A stretch of DNA of 60,000 nt from Camelus dromedarius (taxonomy: Eukaryota), in the NCBI RefSeq assembly GCF_036321535.1, contig NC_087436.1:119662001-119722000 (forward strand). Reading direction: 5' to 3'. A program made the position numbers and the translations under genes. Below the pieces are notes generated by a model. That model ran no database searches, was not told where the DNA came from, and saw only the letters and a list, made by a program, of their open reading frames with translations. Of this stretch, positions 25,330 through 37,702 are shown in pieces (position 1 is the stretch's first letter; each line of letters starts with the position of its first letter).

Positions 25330-25490
25330 TGTATCTCAGGCGATCTGAAAACTCTCTTAGATGCACTCTGAGTTGCATCATTATTTTGTTCACCACTAAG
25401 GAATGGCATTGATTATAAGCTACATTCCAATTTCAAAAGAAGTTAAAATGTGCAGAAAACCCCGCAGGTTTTAGACTCAATAAAATACGG
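25330..25490. mobile_element. MER104-like (TcMar-Tc2) element
   Basis: GTTAAAATGTG...TTAGACTCAATAAAATACGG followed by TA. Confidence 0.55.
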
Positions 25491-27139
25491 TAATAATGGA
25501 ATGTACAGATACACGGGACGGCCTGCCAGTCTCTGTTGGTAAATGCAGCCAGTCACAGTGACTTTCTGGAGAACAACCAAACAAGCTAGGACCAGCTGTA
25601 AACCACTGGGCACTTGTGCGCAGGCTTCCTGGGGTGAAACCTCGCAGGGGGAGGGGGCTGGGGCATTTCCAGGGGGTGGGCGTTTTAAGAAGGAGTGATA
25701 CTGTCTGCAGCAGCCAGTCTGCGATAATCGCACTCAGATTCTGTGCTCCGGGGTGTAAGTCGAACTCCTGAGGAGGCGGGAAGGAACGTTTGTTCCAAGC
25801 GAAGTGAAAGTTTCCAGAGCATTCCACTCCGACCTCCCCCACAGCCCGGCTCTCCGAGACCCCCCTCTGCTCTGTAATCCTTTCTGCTCAGCCTGGGGGC
25901 TGTGACTTCCCAGCCGATGAGCCCCACGTGGACGTGGCCGCGAACGGGGTTGGGGTCGCTGCGGGGAGCGGGGGCTCTCGGGTTCCATGCAGGGATACTG
26001 GATGAGCTTTTTGCTCACTGTTGTCCTCACAGGCTTTTAGAACCTGAGCTTCCAGAGGTGGGTGGGGCTTGTTTAAAAAGGCATCCGGCTAGCAGCTTCT
26101 GAACTCCCAACACCCTTAGGAGTCTTTCAGGGGACACAGAGCAGATACGAAGGCACGATAGTGAGATTGAAGACCAGCAGACAGCATTCCTGGGATCAGG
26201 GGACACGGCCTGTCTGGGAGGGGCTGGAAAGGTGTTTGGAGAGAAGGAAGAGGATGCTCTCTGCCTGGTGGAACCACCTGGACGCACGTCTGGTTCTCTG
26301 CCCCATCCTCCCCTACCCCAGCGACCCACGTGGAGTCCCGCTGCATCCTGTGTGTCCATAGCCCTGTCCCTTCCCCCATCGTGGTTTAGTTCCCCCCAGC
26401 AGTGGGCCCTAAGCCGAGGACTGGGGTGCATGCTGTCTATTTAGGGGAACGGGGAATGAGTGGGGGACATGTCAGCAGTACGTGCCGTCAGGCTGGTCTC
26501 CACCATGGGTGCCGGGGCTCAGTCCCCATGGGGACTTGGGGACACGGTGAGGAACATGCGTCGGTCTCAGGTCTGTCCGGTTAGCAGCCGCAGCATGTGG
26601 GGTGAGGCCGAGGGGGACACGAGGGAGATGCCGAGTGCTTAGTCCTTAGCCTTCGCACCTCCACTGAGAGGCACACGTGCTGACACACGAACTGTGACAA
26701 GTGTCAGGTGTTGCTTGTGGATGTCACATTTGCTAATACTGTTGTAGCTGTGACTAGAGCAGTCTGGGACCTGGCTGGCCTCCTGGACTCCCCTCTTCCC
26801 CATCTGCGGAACAGGGAGGTTCAGTTCAACAGTGACCGTGCAGATGGTTGCACGTGGGAAAGGGACGTGTTAGCCCCAGAGGGTGCATCTCTCACCCCGC
26901 ACTGCACTCTGGGCTGCAAGGTGCCGTGGGGAAGAGCCAGGGGTGTGTGCAGAGTTGGGGCCAAAGCATGGGAAGGGGAGCTGTTAGAATCTCCGAAGCC
27001 ACCAGACTGGGCACGGTGGGTGCGGTGGCAGAGTTGTGCTGCTGCAATGTTCCCTCTGGAATCTGATTGAAAGTCAGGCTGCCCCTGGGTCTGTGGGGTT
27101 TACTGCGTGTGCCAGGCGCTGAGCAGACGGCACTTTATC

Positions 27140-27265
27140 AAAGGGTTAAGAACGTAGCTTTGGAACAGGACATCAGAGGGCAAAATTTGGCTCCATCATT
27201 TGAAAGCTGTGTGACTCTGGGCACTGTTCCGGCCTCTCTGAACCTCAGTGTCTCGTGTGTGAACA
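27140..27265 (+). mobile_element. MIR SINE
   Basis: AGCTGTGTGACTCTGGGCAC...CTCTCTGAACCTCAGTGTCTC. Confidence 0.7.
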
Positions 27266-30200
27266 GAGTGTGCAGTGCCTCCTTTCTGGGCTGTTTGGGA
27301 AGTTTGGATGCTTGGTCACAAGTGAGCTTGGTGCCCGGTGTGGGGAAAACCGGAGGGACCAGTGGGAGTGCCCTGGTCTCCGCTGCTCAGACCTGGCCTC
27401 GGACAGACCCCTGCAGGCAGAACAGACCCCCCACTAACACCTCGGACACCGTTTTAATATCCTGCACTCTGCGTTTCCAAACGTTTCCTGGCTGCCCTGT
27501 GGCCTGGGTTTTATTAACTCAGCAGTCTTCCCTCCTGAACTTTCACCCCCTCTCTCCTCTCTTCCTGGTGTCCAGTCACTGCCCAGTCGGCCTGAAAACT
27601 GCTTCATTACTCGGCGTCCTTTCCCCGTAGGCAGTGGCTGTGAAGTACTGAACTCCAGGGGCGTTGGATTTGAATTGAATGTGGTTCCACTTCACTTACC
27701 TGCATGGGGGAGGGAGGGTTTGTTCATTCATTCATTCGTTTATCCTGAAACTTTGTGTGCAGAGGCTGCTCCACGCGGCTCTGGTACAACACAGACTGGT
27801 GTTCTCCTGGGTGAGCAAAAGTGCGAGTGGGCCCCATGAAGATGTCTGCGCTGGATGCAGAGCCTCGGGTTCGAGTCCCGGCCACACCATTCGACATCAC
27901 GCTCGCCCCTCCCTGGTCCCGAAAGCGGGTGTGCTGCTGTGCGCTTCTCGGGGTGCGTGGGGCGCTGGGATGAGATGGGCAGGATGTGCCTAGTGAACAC
28001 CTTCTCCACAAGGGCGACCTGGCAGTGCCGACACTTTTCCCTCTTTCAGTGCCTTTTGTTGGCGGTATTTCCAAAATGCCGTATGTGATTTTCTGGGGGT
28101 TGTGCGGCAGCTTCATCGATTACCAAGTGTGTCCTGATTATTCCACCACATGAATCACAGTTTCCTCATCTGTGAAGTGGGGGTGAGCATCTCTCGTCTG
28201 TGGGCTGTCTTCAGCATTAGGTGGGCAACTTAGCCTGGGACCCAGCGGGTGCCCAGGAAGCGAGTCCAGCAGGTAGGATTCTTGGGTTTCCCGGTGGCTC
28301 AGGGTCGCAGAATGCCTTTTCTTTAAGTGAAGTGGTCAGGCTGTCAGCGTCGTGTCCTCTAGAGTTCCTTCCCCTGGCTGTTCTGTGCTTCTGGTCTCCT
28401 GCGGTCTGAAAACCTGCGTTGCTCAATTTGCTAGCCCTGTGAGCAAACCAAGAGCAAGCAGGCTCCGAGGGAGGGGCCGAGGGAGGTCTCCAGTGATGCA
28501 GACACGTGAACTTTGGTGTGGAACACTGTGACATTTCCCGGGCCACAGGCTGGGCTTCTCTCCAGGGTCTGCCTGTCTCATTTATTCACTCGTTCAGCCA
28601 CTCCTCTGACTCGCACTGGGGACCCCAAGGCAAGGACGCAAGGCCAAGTGTGTCCGCGCAAGCACCAGAACCCTGGGCTTGGAGAGTGGGAGGGGCCAGG
28701 TTGAAAACTGCTGGTGAGGGGAGGGACCCGCTGCTCCACCCGCAGGACTGAGGAGCTTCTCCAGATTACTGGACGGGAACCCCCCCACCCCGGTGTGAGC
28801 TGAGCACTGACCTTCCAGGATCCCTTCCAGCCACTGGACACTCTCGTAGTCTCTGTGGCTCCCAGAGTCAGGCCCCTTTGCTGGGTGCTGTGGAGAATTT
28901 TCTAGAATGCCACTGAGATGTCCTAGGTCATTGGAAAGACTGCTGTGACCCCCGCCCTGACTTGAAGGGCAGTCCCCCATACGCCGGGCAGGGGGCCTCA
29001 GGGTGCAGCCCGGAGCAGGGGTCCTCCTCCAACTGAGAGGGACTTTGTGTTCTCTTTGTCGCAGGTCATTCCCCAAACCAGTCACTTCTGACTCCCTCCT
29101 GTTGCTCAAAGCCACCTCCTCCCCACCAACCTCTTTGCCTAGCATCTGGGGAGGGGCTTCTGCCCCAGGACCTCAGCTCCCTCCAGGCACATGGGGGACT
29201 CACCCACAGAGCCTTCTCTGCACCCCGGGAGCTTCTCAAACCACTTCCCTGCTTGGAGTCTTCCAGCCCTGAATCCCATAACCCCTGGGCTGTACTGTCC
29301 AGACCGGAATGACCACGTGGCTGGTGCCAGCTTTGGCCATGTTAGTGGCTCCTCTCCAGACCCTGCGACCCTGCTCAGTGGATACCTCCTTCAGGAAGCT
29401 CCCTCTGCCCCACCCCAGGCCCGGCAAGCGCCTCCCCGGGGCTTCCTCAGCTGAGTGGAGGATGAGTGGGGGAGGGTGGTTGGCGAGTGGGTGGGTGGAA
29501 GCCTGTTTCTGGCTTTCAGAAGCTCAGCTTAAACTTGGCTGCTGTGAGAACGGGGGCAGGGGAAGGGGACTGGGGAGGGAAGTGGAGGCGAAGAGGGGAC
29601 AGGGCAGGGCAGATTTCCTAGCATACAGGTATTCTGTGGGGGAGAAGACGCTTTAAAGCCAGGGGCTTCTCTGGCCTGGGCTGAAGGTGTTCCGTTACCC
29701 AGGGGACGGGGCGGGCAGCTGCTGCACGGCCTCCAGACGGCGGCAGGTTCGTACGTGGGTGCAGCCCTGCCCGCTGAATACAGACAGGTTTGACATGAGG
29801 AAGGCAAGAAAAACAGCCCCAGAAGGGTGACCAGGAGGCCCAGGGAGAAGATGCAGCTTCGAGGAGCTGATGTGCCCTTTGCTTTTTGGAATTCCTGGAG
29901 CAAACCAAGGTCTCATGATCTGCCCACAAAACCATGGGTTTGCTGAAAAGTCAGAAGGAGAGGTCATTAGTTTAAATAGAGGAATGAGTCGCCACCTGGG
30001 CTCCAGGCTCTGCTTCTCCCAACCCTCAGCTGAGCTTCTGGAAGCAGAAGAGCCCTCATCCACCCATCCTCACCACCCTCAGCCAGCAGGGAGCCCCCAG
30101 TGCTCCCACACAGACCGGAGCGAGGCCCAGGCTGCAGGGCTGGGCCGGACCCTCCAGCCCCTTCTCTAACCCACGATGCCTCGTGGCCTTCCTGGCACTG

Positions 30201-33200
30201 TAAATAAATCCTCTCCTGGAGTAGCGTTTGCTCTGGGATGTCCTTCTTTGTAGAATATTGCTCTTTGATCTACAGCTGGACTGAACAGGTGCTGTGAGCA
30301 AAGTGTGTCTCATTAAGATGCCGCCAGGCCTGTCTGCACACTCACCTGCCTTTGGGTTCCTGCATCCTCCCCATTCCAGGGATGAGGAGACTGAGGCTTC
30401 AAAAGGCTTTGAGGTCCCCAGGAAGGGAGTGTTCAGGGCAGGATGTGCTGCAGGCAGCCTGACTGCCCTGTGCTCGGGGGCTGCTCCTGAAACTTCCCTG
30501 AATGCACACAGCACTTCATAAGCCTGCCCTCACATCCAAGGTCATGCTCACACTCACAGTGGTCTCCGGGATAGCCCCATTTGGCTAGTGAGGGGACTGA
30601 GGCTTGCTAAGGGTGGCTCAGCTTGAAGGTGACAGGTTGGCACCGTCCTGCCCATGGCCTGCTCTCACCCCTGCAGCTTCAGAGACTAGCCTGTGAGTTC
30701 TCACCTCCTTCTCTGATCGCCAGCATCCAGGCAGAGGCACTGAATTCCATCAGGCACCCTCCTGGGTGTTGTGAACCAGCATCTCGGTGGGGTGGCAGCC
30801 CACCCTGGCTTGTGGGGAGGCTCGGGAGTGTCATTCCCTGGATGGGCCTGCATCTGGATGGCCCGTCCTAGGATACTCTGAGCTGGTCTTCCCGCCCGCC
30901 AGTCCCTCCTGGTGTCGCGGTTCCTCTGGGGCCCAGCTGTCCTCACCTGTGCCTTGGGCTCTGGACCCAGCGATGGGCCACCCGCTGGCATTGTGCTGCT
31001 CTGAAGTGTTTCTGGAGCCGGGCTGTGGAGGGCAGCACCTAGATACTGGGTGCCGCTGTGCACACCTCGAGGTGGCTCATTCGTCCCTCACCCTTGGGAG
31101 GAGGCCCCGTCATGCCTGCGCGACAGGTGAGGAAACGGAGGCTAGTGAGGCTCAGAGACCTTCTGAAGGTTGTGCAGGAGCGAAAGAGCCAGGCTCCCCA
31201 CCAGGCGCTCCGGGGCCGGGCTCTCCTGGGCACACCTCCCCTTCCTTCCTCCGCAGCTGCCTGCTGCACCCTGGGCGCGGTGGGAGCCGCAGCCCGCAGA
31301 CAGTGAGCGGTCCACCCGTCTGCAGCCCTTCCTCCCCTGAGCAACCTGACGTCTAAGTGCTTTGCGAGTACTGGCATTTATCTAGTTGGAATTAATTCCC
31401 TGACCATGACGAGGTCTTCATAATCGTGAACTTTTCAGGCATCACGCTGGCTTTGCATCTATTTTTAAAGAGAGAGAGGGAGAGAGGCCAGGACCATTTG
31501 TGATGCCCTAAGCGAGCTGTCCACGAGGAAGTCGGTTTCCGAGAGGCCCAGCCACCCAGGGACCACTTAGCCCTCCCTTTTCACGGGTCTAGTCTGTCTG
31601 GGGGATAATGTTTGAAACAGGGCAAGGTGCCAGGTCTGTGATGCTAGAGGGTCCAGAGTACGTTTGTCTCACAAATCCCAGGGACTTCCTTCCCTCTCCT
31701 CCTTCAACAGGGTTATTGAGAGTCTCTGCCATGTGGGCCAGCTTTCACATCCCTGGGGCAGCTCTCCCCTTCAGGGATGGGACGTTAGAGCCCAGAGAAG
31801 CAGCCTGGCATTGTGCTCTGCCTTTGCCGCCACCAAAAGCTCCCTCTTTTTGCACAAAATGGATCAGTCGGGATGCGGTTACAGAGAAAGGAGCCCCTTC
31901 TATCTGGCTATGTGAAAGGAGATCTAACATGAGGATTACCTGCTTTCAAAATCCTTGGAAAGTCTTGCAGAGCAAGCCAAAGCTTGGATCTCCAAGATTA
32001 AGCTTCTAGAAAACCAGCTGCTGGTCCATAGTCAGGAAGCCACCCTTGCGGGCCACCACCCACCTCCCTGCCCACCTAACTCAGCCCCTCACTTAAGTTT
32101 TGCTGAAGTGTTTCCTAGAAGTGACATTCCAGCTGTGACCCCAGCTGCAAGGGAGTTCTGGAAATGTATTTTAAATGTTTTTGTTTGCTAATGCACCCTC
32201 TTTTTTTTTTTCCAAGAAGAGGTGAAAGCAACATAAAAATAAAATAAGCAAGGGAAAAAGGGGGAAAAAAGCTGGACCTAGGGACAGGCTCAGCACATAA
32301 AATACTTGCTGTATTGCTAAAGATGGGTCACAGATCTGACTCTGAGCTTCCCAGCAGCTAGAGTAAAGAGGGAAAGCTGAGCAGATGCAAGTGAACCCAT
32401 TGCTCAGGAGTGCTTTCCTGAACTGAACGGTGAAACCAGTGGCCACTGGGGTGATCCTGTATCCTTGTGGAAAATGCAATGGCCAGTTTCCTTCAGTTTC
32501 AGTCATATCTCTAATGGCTCAAAATGCAGCTTGGTGGCTTAATTCCCAAACCCAGTTCTCTGGGGTGGCTCTGCCAGAAAGCAAGAGATCGAGTTTAAAG
32601 TCACCTTCCTCTACATTGTCAAGGGGCAATGAAGGCCTTCCACTCCGTGCAGTGCAGGAGATGCAGGTGCTGGCTGTCCAGCCCTCACCGCAGGGAGACG
32701 CGCCAGAAGGAGTGTGGGACAGATGCTGAGGGAGCCCGTGTGCATGGATACGGGTCTGCTGCATTAGGAGAAACGGATGAGGGGAGCATTTTATGTACTC
32801 AGAAACCTGTTGTGAGTGACGTTTGTATTTATAGTTAGAAGGACAAACTCAAAATAAAATTTGGTTTAGGAAAGTCTGCTTCTGGATCCCTCCCCCACGC
32901 CCCCAGTTAGTCTGCTGTGTTGCCTTTTTGCAACTTTCAGCTCAAATGTGTGATCATTGCTCAGGAGACCACTGTCGTTAGACCTGCACTCCCAGGTGCC
33001 CTTGACCTTCAAACCTCAAACTTTTGCTTCTGAAAATTGGCTGGACTCAGGTCAAATGGGTGTCTGTCGGCTGCGGACTTTGGAGCACTTGTGGTCCTCG
33101 GAAGTTATCTGGAATTCAGCCCTCTCTCCTCCTGTTTGGGTGGTGTCACGCATCTTCCCCAAGGACGAAGAAGTCAGAACTTGGGCAGAGAGCAGACGGC

Positions 33201-33679
33201 ATGTCCGGCCGCACCCCCACTGCAGTTTCATCTCGCCACCCACGAAACAATAGACACTCCGTGCCCAAGGCCACCCTCTTATTTCTGTGCCCCTTTAGGG
33301 TCTCAGGTGCTGAAACATCTTTAAAGGCAGCTGCGTTCTCAGGAGGTGAAGATAAAGGTGCTGGACCAAAGTTACCCTTTGGAAAGTTCTTGGGTTTTGG
33401 AACTGGGGTTGACATTTCCAGACTTTATATGAAAAGCATCTTTATTCTTACTTAAGCTGCGGCGGGATGGGCATTTAGGGGTCCCTCTCTTTTACTTCTT
33501 AAGGCAGGACGACACCTTCCTCTTTCACTCACTGTGTCTCTTTTGTCCGAAATGGGAGGAAACACTGCTTGTAATTCTGGGAGGGCCAGTGCTTGGTGGG
33601 ACACTTGGATCTGGTTCAACATGGCAATTTGAAAGGTAGAAGCATACTGGAGTGTGTTAGGAGGACGTGTGCTGGGATC

Positions 33680-33815
33680 CAGTCCAACTTGATTAAGTCA
33701 CTTAACCTCCCCTTCTGTAAAGTGCTGAGATGACCAGTACTGACCGCGTACCGCTGCCATGAGACATGAAGGATGTAACACGGGTACGGCACTCGGCCCA
33801 GGAAGTGCTCACAAA
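33680..33815 (+). mobile_element. MIR SINE fragment
   Basis: AAGTCACTTAACCTCCCCTTCTGTAAAGTG. Confidence 0.6.
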
Positions 33816-34763
33816 GTGTCACCGGCAGACACGCAGCAGGCCTCCGCGGAGAGCTACACAAATGGATTAACCTGTGACTAAATAATTGCGGCCTTTCCTC
33901 CCATCTCCCAGGGAGCCCGGTGCGAGAGCGTAATTAGTCTCCTGAAAACAGGACAGCCCTGCCACATCCCTCACGGAAATGCACCCCTTCCACAGTGTCT
34001 CCGCGTTCCGGAGACACAGCCCCGGGAAGGGGGGCACGTGGTACCACCCAGCAGAGGACAGTCGGAGGCCCTGCGCGTTCTGCACGCTGCACAAAACTAT
34101 TTTTACTTGTCAGTCTCGCTGATGGAGTTGGTGTGTGGGGGTCGCTCTGGTGACAGCCCGCGCCCTGCTCTTGAGATGGGACTGCTGTTTCGGCGGGAAA
34201 TCATTATCTTGCGGGTGCACCACTGCGCCTGTCTCTGCTTGTCAGCCGCGTGCTGACACGTTTGCAAACCTCTGATTCCTTTGTAGCCCCCTGTTTGGGC
34301 TTTGGGCGTCATTTAACTCCTGAAGGTCTGAATCAGCGGCTGCTCGCTGGAGGCCTGTGTCCCTCTCTCCTGCCCCTGTCCTCCTTCCCCCAGCCCCGGA
34401 GCACATGGGCTTTCTCTGGAGTCCCTCTGGCCTCCGGGCTGTCTGTGGGTCTGGTGTCTTGCTCTGATTCTAGAACTTTCCATCCTCCCTTTCCCACAGA
34501 CCCATGTTGGGCATGCTCACTTTATGCCAACTGATTCTTGCAAACCTGGAGAATTTCTGAGGCTCATCGAGCCATTTGCGTGGGTGGCACGGCCAGACTG
34601 TGGGGATGCAGCCTGGCAGTTCCCTGTTGGGTTATTCTATGGGGAACGATTGTGTCGGTTCCTTCTTTCTCTCACCTCTTGTCCCCTCCCTTCTGGTGAG
34701 AATCGTGGCAGTGGCCTCCGAGGTTCAGAGCTGTCGGCTGGTGGGGGCGGGGGATTGGGTCCT

Positions 34764-34807
34764 TTCTTATTCCTTTTCTGGCCAGAAATCAATGCAAAGG
34801 ATCCTTA
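34764..34807 (+). repeat. 44-bp direct repeat, copy 1 (unique-looking context)
   Basis: TTCTTATTCCTTTTCTGGCCAGAAATCAATGCAAAGGATCCTTA; 43/44 identical to 36378-36421. Confidence 0.95.
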
Positions 34808-35864
34808 TCTTCGAGGACTCGTTGTGACTCAGAGGCTGCGGCTACTCCAGGCCTCACAAACACATTCCACTGCCAACAGGACCTTGTCTGCTGGGGCCTG
34901 GGGTGGCTGCTTTGCCCGGGGGGCCAGTCAGGAAAGGAACCCGATCTGGCCCCACCCTCGCTCTGCACGCGCTTTCATCACGGCGTCTGTTTTCACTGCT
35001 TGGTCCTTCCCATGTCACTCAGCCCCTGGGCCGCCCTCCTGGCACCGCGCCCAGGCCCAGCCTGATGGCCCAGAGATGGAGGCAGATGTCGCTGACAGGG
35101 CGGCGTCATCGCTGCGGGTTGCTGCCGCAGCTGTGTCTGGCCTGGGGGCTCTGCCTCCCAGTGAATGATTAAACGTCAACCTACAACGATGATTCAAGCC
35201 CTTTCTGGAGGGCTTAGAGCTTTGCCAAAACCCTGGGTATGTTTCTGAAACAGAGTGTCCCCCTGTGCTCCTTTAAAAGGTAGATCATGCAACAACATCT
35301 GGGGACAAACATCAAGGTTTGAATGCATAAGGTCCTATGCCCTGTTCATTCTGAATGCAAAGAACTTGGGATCACAAGGTGTAAGTTAGCTCAGTTTTTA
35401 TCATTGGACTGTATGGTGCCATATGCTGTTTTGACCTAATGAGGATGTGGCTGTAAATCACAGGGAGCATCCACGCGGCCGGGATCTCAGCATCTCTATT
35501 TAGCTCCTCCACTAGTTAATTCTGTGGAGAGAGCTGGAGGTTAAGGGCAGTGGTGCTGGTCTGTGGGGGGTGCTGGTCACATCAGGGCTTTAGGCCCCCA
35601 GATTGGAGGTGTTTTGGCCCCCAGGATACAGATGAGGAAACTGAGGCGGAGAGAGGTGAAGTAATCTCACTGCCAGGCTCACCCAGCAGCAGCGGGTGGA
35701 GCTGGGATCACCCGCTGGTGGGTCCGTGCTGAGGCTGCTGCTCCTAGCCGCTGGGTACACTGGCAGGCGGGGCCTCCATCAGCAGACACGCCCGCGAAGC
35801 GTGATTGTCCCTGTGCGGCCACGGGGAGCAGGGTTTGAGCGTCTGCGATGGAAAGTCAGAATGA

Positions 35865-36060
35865 GAGCTCATTCACTGACTCGTGCATTCCTTATTCATT
35901 TCTTCACTCACTCACTCATTCATTCATTTATTCACTCATTCATCACTCACTCATTTGCTCAGTAAGTGGAGTATCCACCGTGCACCAGGCACCTTTCTAG
36001 GACACCATGATGAACCAGACAAGGTCCCTGCCTCCTTGGGCTTTGTGTTCTAGTGGGGGG
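35865..36060 (-). mobile_element. L2 3' end with (CATT/CACT)n tail
   Basis: TCATTCATTCATTTATTCACTCA..., CCAGGCAC, AGACAAGGTCCCTGCCTCC...TTCTAGTGGGG. Confidence 0.8.
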
Positions 36061-36325
36061 GATGGATCATGAGTAAGTAGTCGTCTAGGATGAGGTGGGG
36101 CGCTGCGGGCTGTAAGAAGTGAGTACTAGTGCCCGACGGAGAGGGTCGGGAGAGAGCGGAGTGAGGAGGAGGAGACGGCAGAGGGCACGGCCCTTCCTTG
36201 GGCTTGCTGTAACTGGGAGCAGAGCACAGCGTCAGCTGCAAGGGGCGGTGGGGACATGCCTGGCGCTGGTTCATGTCTGTGTGTTGAGTGAGTGAGTGGA
36301 GTCTGCTGGGCGAGTGAAGGGAAGG

Positions 36326-36735
36326 CACTGTCTTTATCCCTTTAGGCTACAGGACAAAATGTGACAGTAGAGGTTCCTTCTTATTTCTTTTCTGGCCAGA
36401 AATCAATGCAAAGGATCCTTAACAGCCAAAATGAACGAGCTCACAGTCCTGGAGGCTGCAAGTCCAACAGCGTGGCTCCAGCACAGTCCTGTTCTGCTGA
36501 GAGTCCTCTTCTGGGTGCAGACAGCTGCCTTCTCCTGGTATGCTCACGTGGTGAAGAAGGGGCGAACTAGCCATCTGGCCTCCTCTTGCAGGGACACTAG
36601 TCCTGTTTGTGAGGGCTGCTTCCACAGGACCTGATTGCTCTCAGAGACCCCACCTCTTAGCACCGTCACGCCGAGGGTTAGATTTCAGCACGTGAATGGG
36701 CGGGGGAGGGGGTGGACACAAACATTCAGACCGTC
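36326..36735 (-). mobile_element. MLT1A-like solo LTR interrupted by a 44-bp insertion
   Basis: CTCACAGTCCTGGAGGCTGCAAGTCCAA, CCCCACCTCTTAGCACCGTCAC, GGACACAAACATTCAGACC. Confidence 0.85.
36378..36421 (+). repeat. 44-bp direct repeat, copy 2 (inside MLT1A)
   Basis: TTCTTATTTCTTTTCTGGCCAGAAATCAATGCAAAGGATCCTTA. Confidence 0.95.
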
Positions 36736-36773
36736 AGGGGCTCCATGATGAATCAGTGAGCAGGGAGCATGAG

Positions 36774-36830
36774 GGATGAATGGATGGAAGGACAGATGGA
36801 TGGACGGATGGGTGGGTGGACGGATGGACG
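36774..36830. repeat. Degenerate (GGAT)n microsatellite
   Basis: GGATGAATGGATGGAAGGACAGATGGATGGACGGATGG... Confidence 0.75.
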
Positions 36831-37519
36831 GCACTTTGAAGTCGTGCCACACAGGCTCAGGGTGGCGGTGGGAGCCTGGAATGATGACCTGAGTTTCCCC
36901 ACTCCCAGCGCAGGGAGTCCCTGTCTCTTGGGCGCCCCTTCTAGGGAAGGCCTGCCTACTCTAGGGTCATTCCTCTCGGGCCACTGCCTGCAGTGCTGCG
37001 GTGTGGCCTCCTTCCCTCTTTGCTCTGCCGGCCCCTGGGGGTTGACAGCGGTTCAGGGTGACTTATGCCTCTCTTTCACTCCTACAGTTTCTGCCAAATG
37101 TAGATTGGGCCTGCTTAGGAGCTGGGAGGAGCTCAGTCTGGCTAGAGCATCCAGGGTGAGGAGTCAGGACAAAGGGAGGTGGGAGAGGTGGGTGGGCTGG
37201 AATGTCCGGAGCCTTAAAGGCCAGCTTTGGCTCCTTCTGCCAGGACTGGGGAGCCGTGGAAGGACTTGGACCAAGAAAGTGAGGGATCCTTTCTGCTGTG
37301 GGGCCTCATCCTTTGGCCTCCAGGGACCTGATTTGGTAGGATTCTTCTCAGGCAGCCTTGATGGGGCCCCCACCACCAGAGATGGGGGTTTTGTGGTTGA
37401 AGCTGGGGAGGCCCATGGGGGGAAGTGTGAGCCACCTCGAAGTTAAGCAGTTGCCTAGCGTAGTTCTGCCTGGGAGGCCTGTGAACAGCTGCAAGAAGGG
37501 GGCAGGATGGTGCCCCCCA

Positions 37520-37702
37520 ATGACACTTGTCACTGGCTTTAGGGCCCACCTGGATAATCCAGGATGGTCTCAAGATCCTTCACTAACAGCTTAACGTCTG
37601 CGAAGACCCTTTGTCCAAACCAGGTCCCATCACAGGGTCTGGGTATTGGGGCATGGATATGTCTTTGACGGTGGGGGTGGGCATACCCATTCAGGCCACT
37701 GC
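37520..37702 (-). mobile_element. MLT1C-like LTR fragment
   Basis: TTTAGGGCCCACCTGGATAATCCAGGATGGTCTCAAGATCCTT, TCTGCGAAGACCCTTTGTCCAAAC. Confidence 0.8.

Noticed and set aside
26000..26065. Possible 25-nt microexon (CACAG|...GAG|GTGGGT)
   Set aside because: Weak pyrimidine tract, frame-shifting length and no other support
27693..27702. Perfect - strand donor CAG|GTAAGT (a similar AAG|GTAAGT lies near 15184-15192)
   Set aside because: No convincing matching acceptor or coding frame; isolated donors are common
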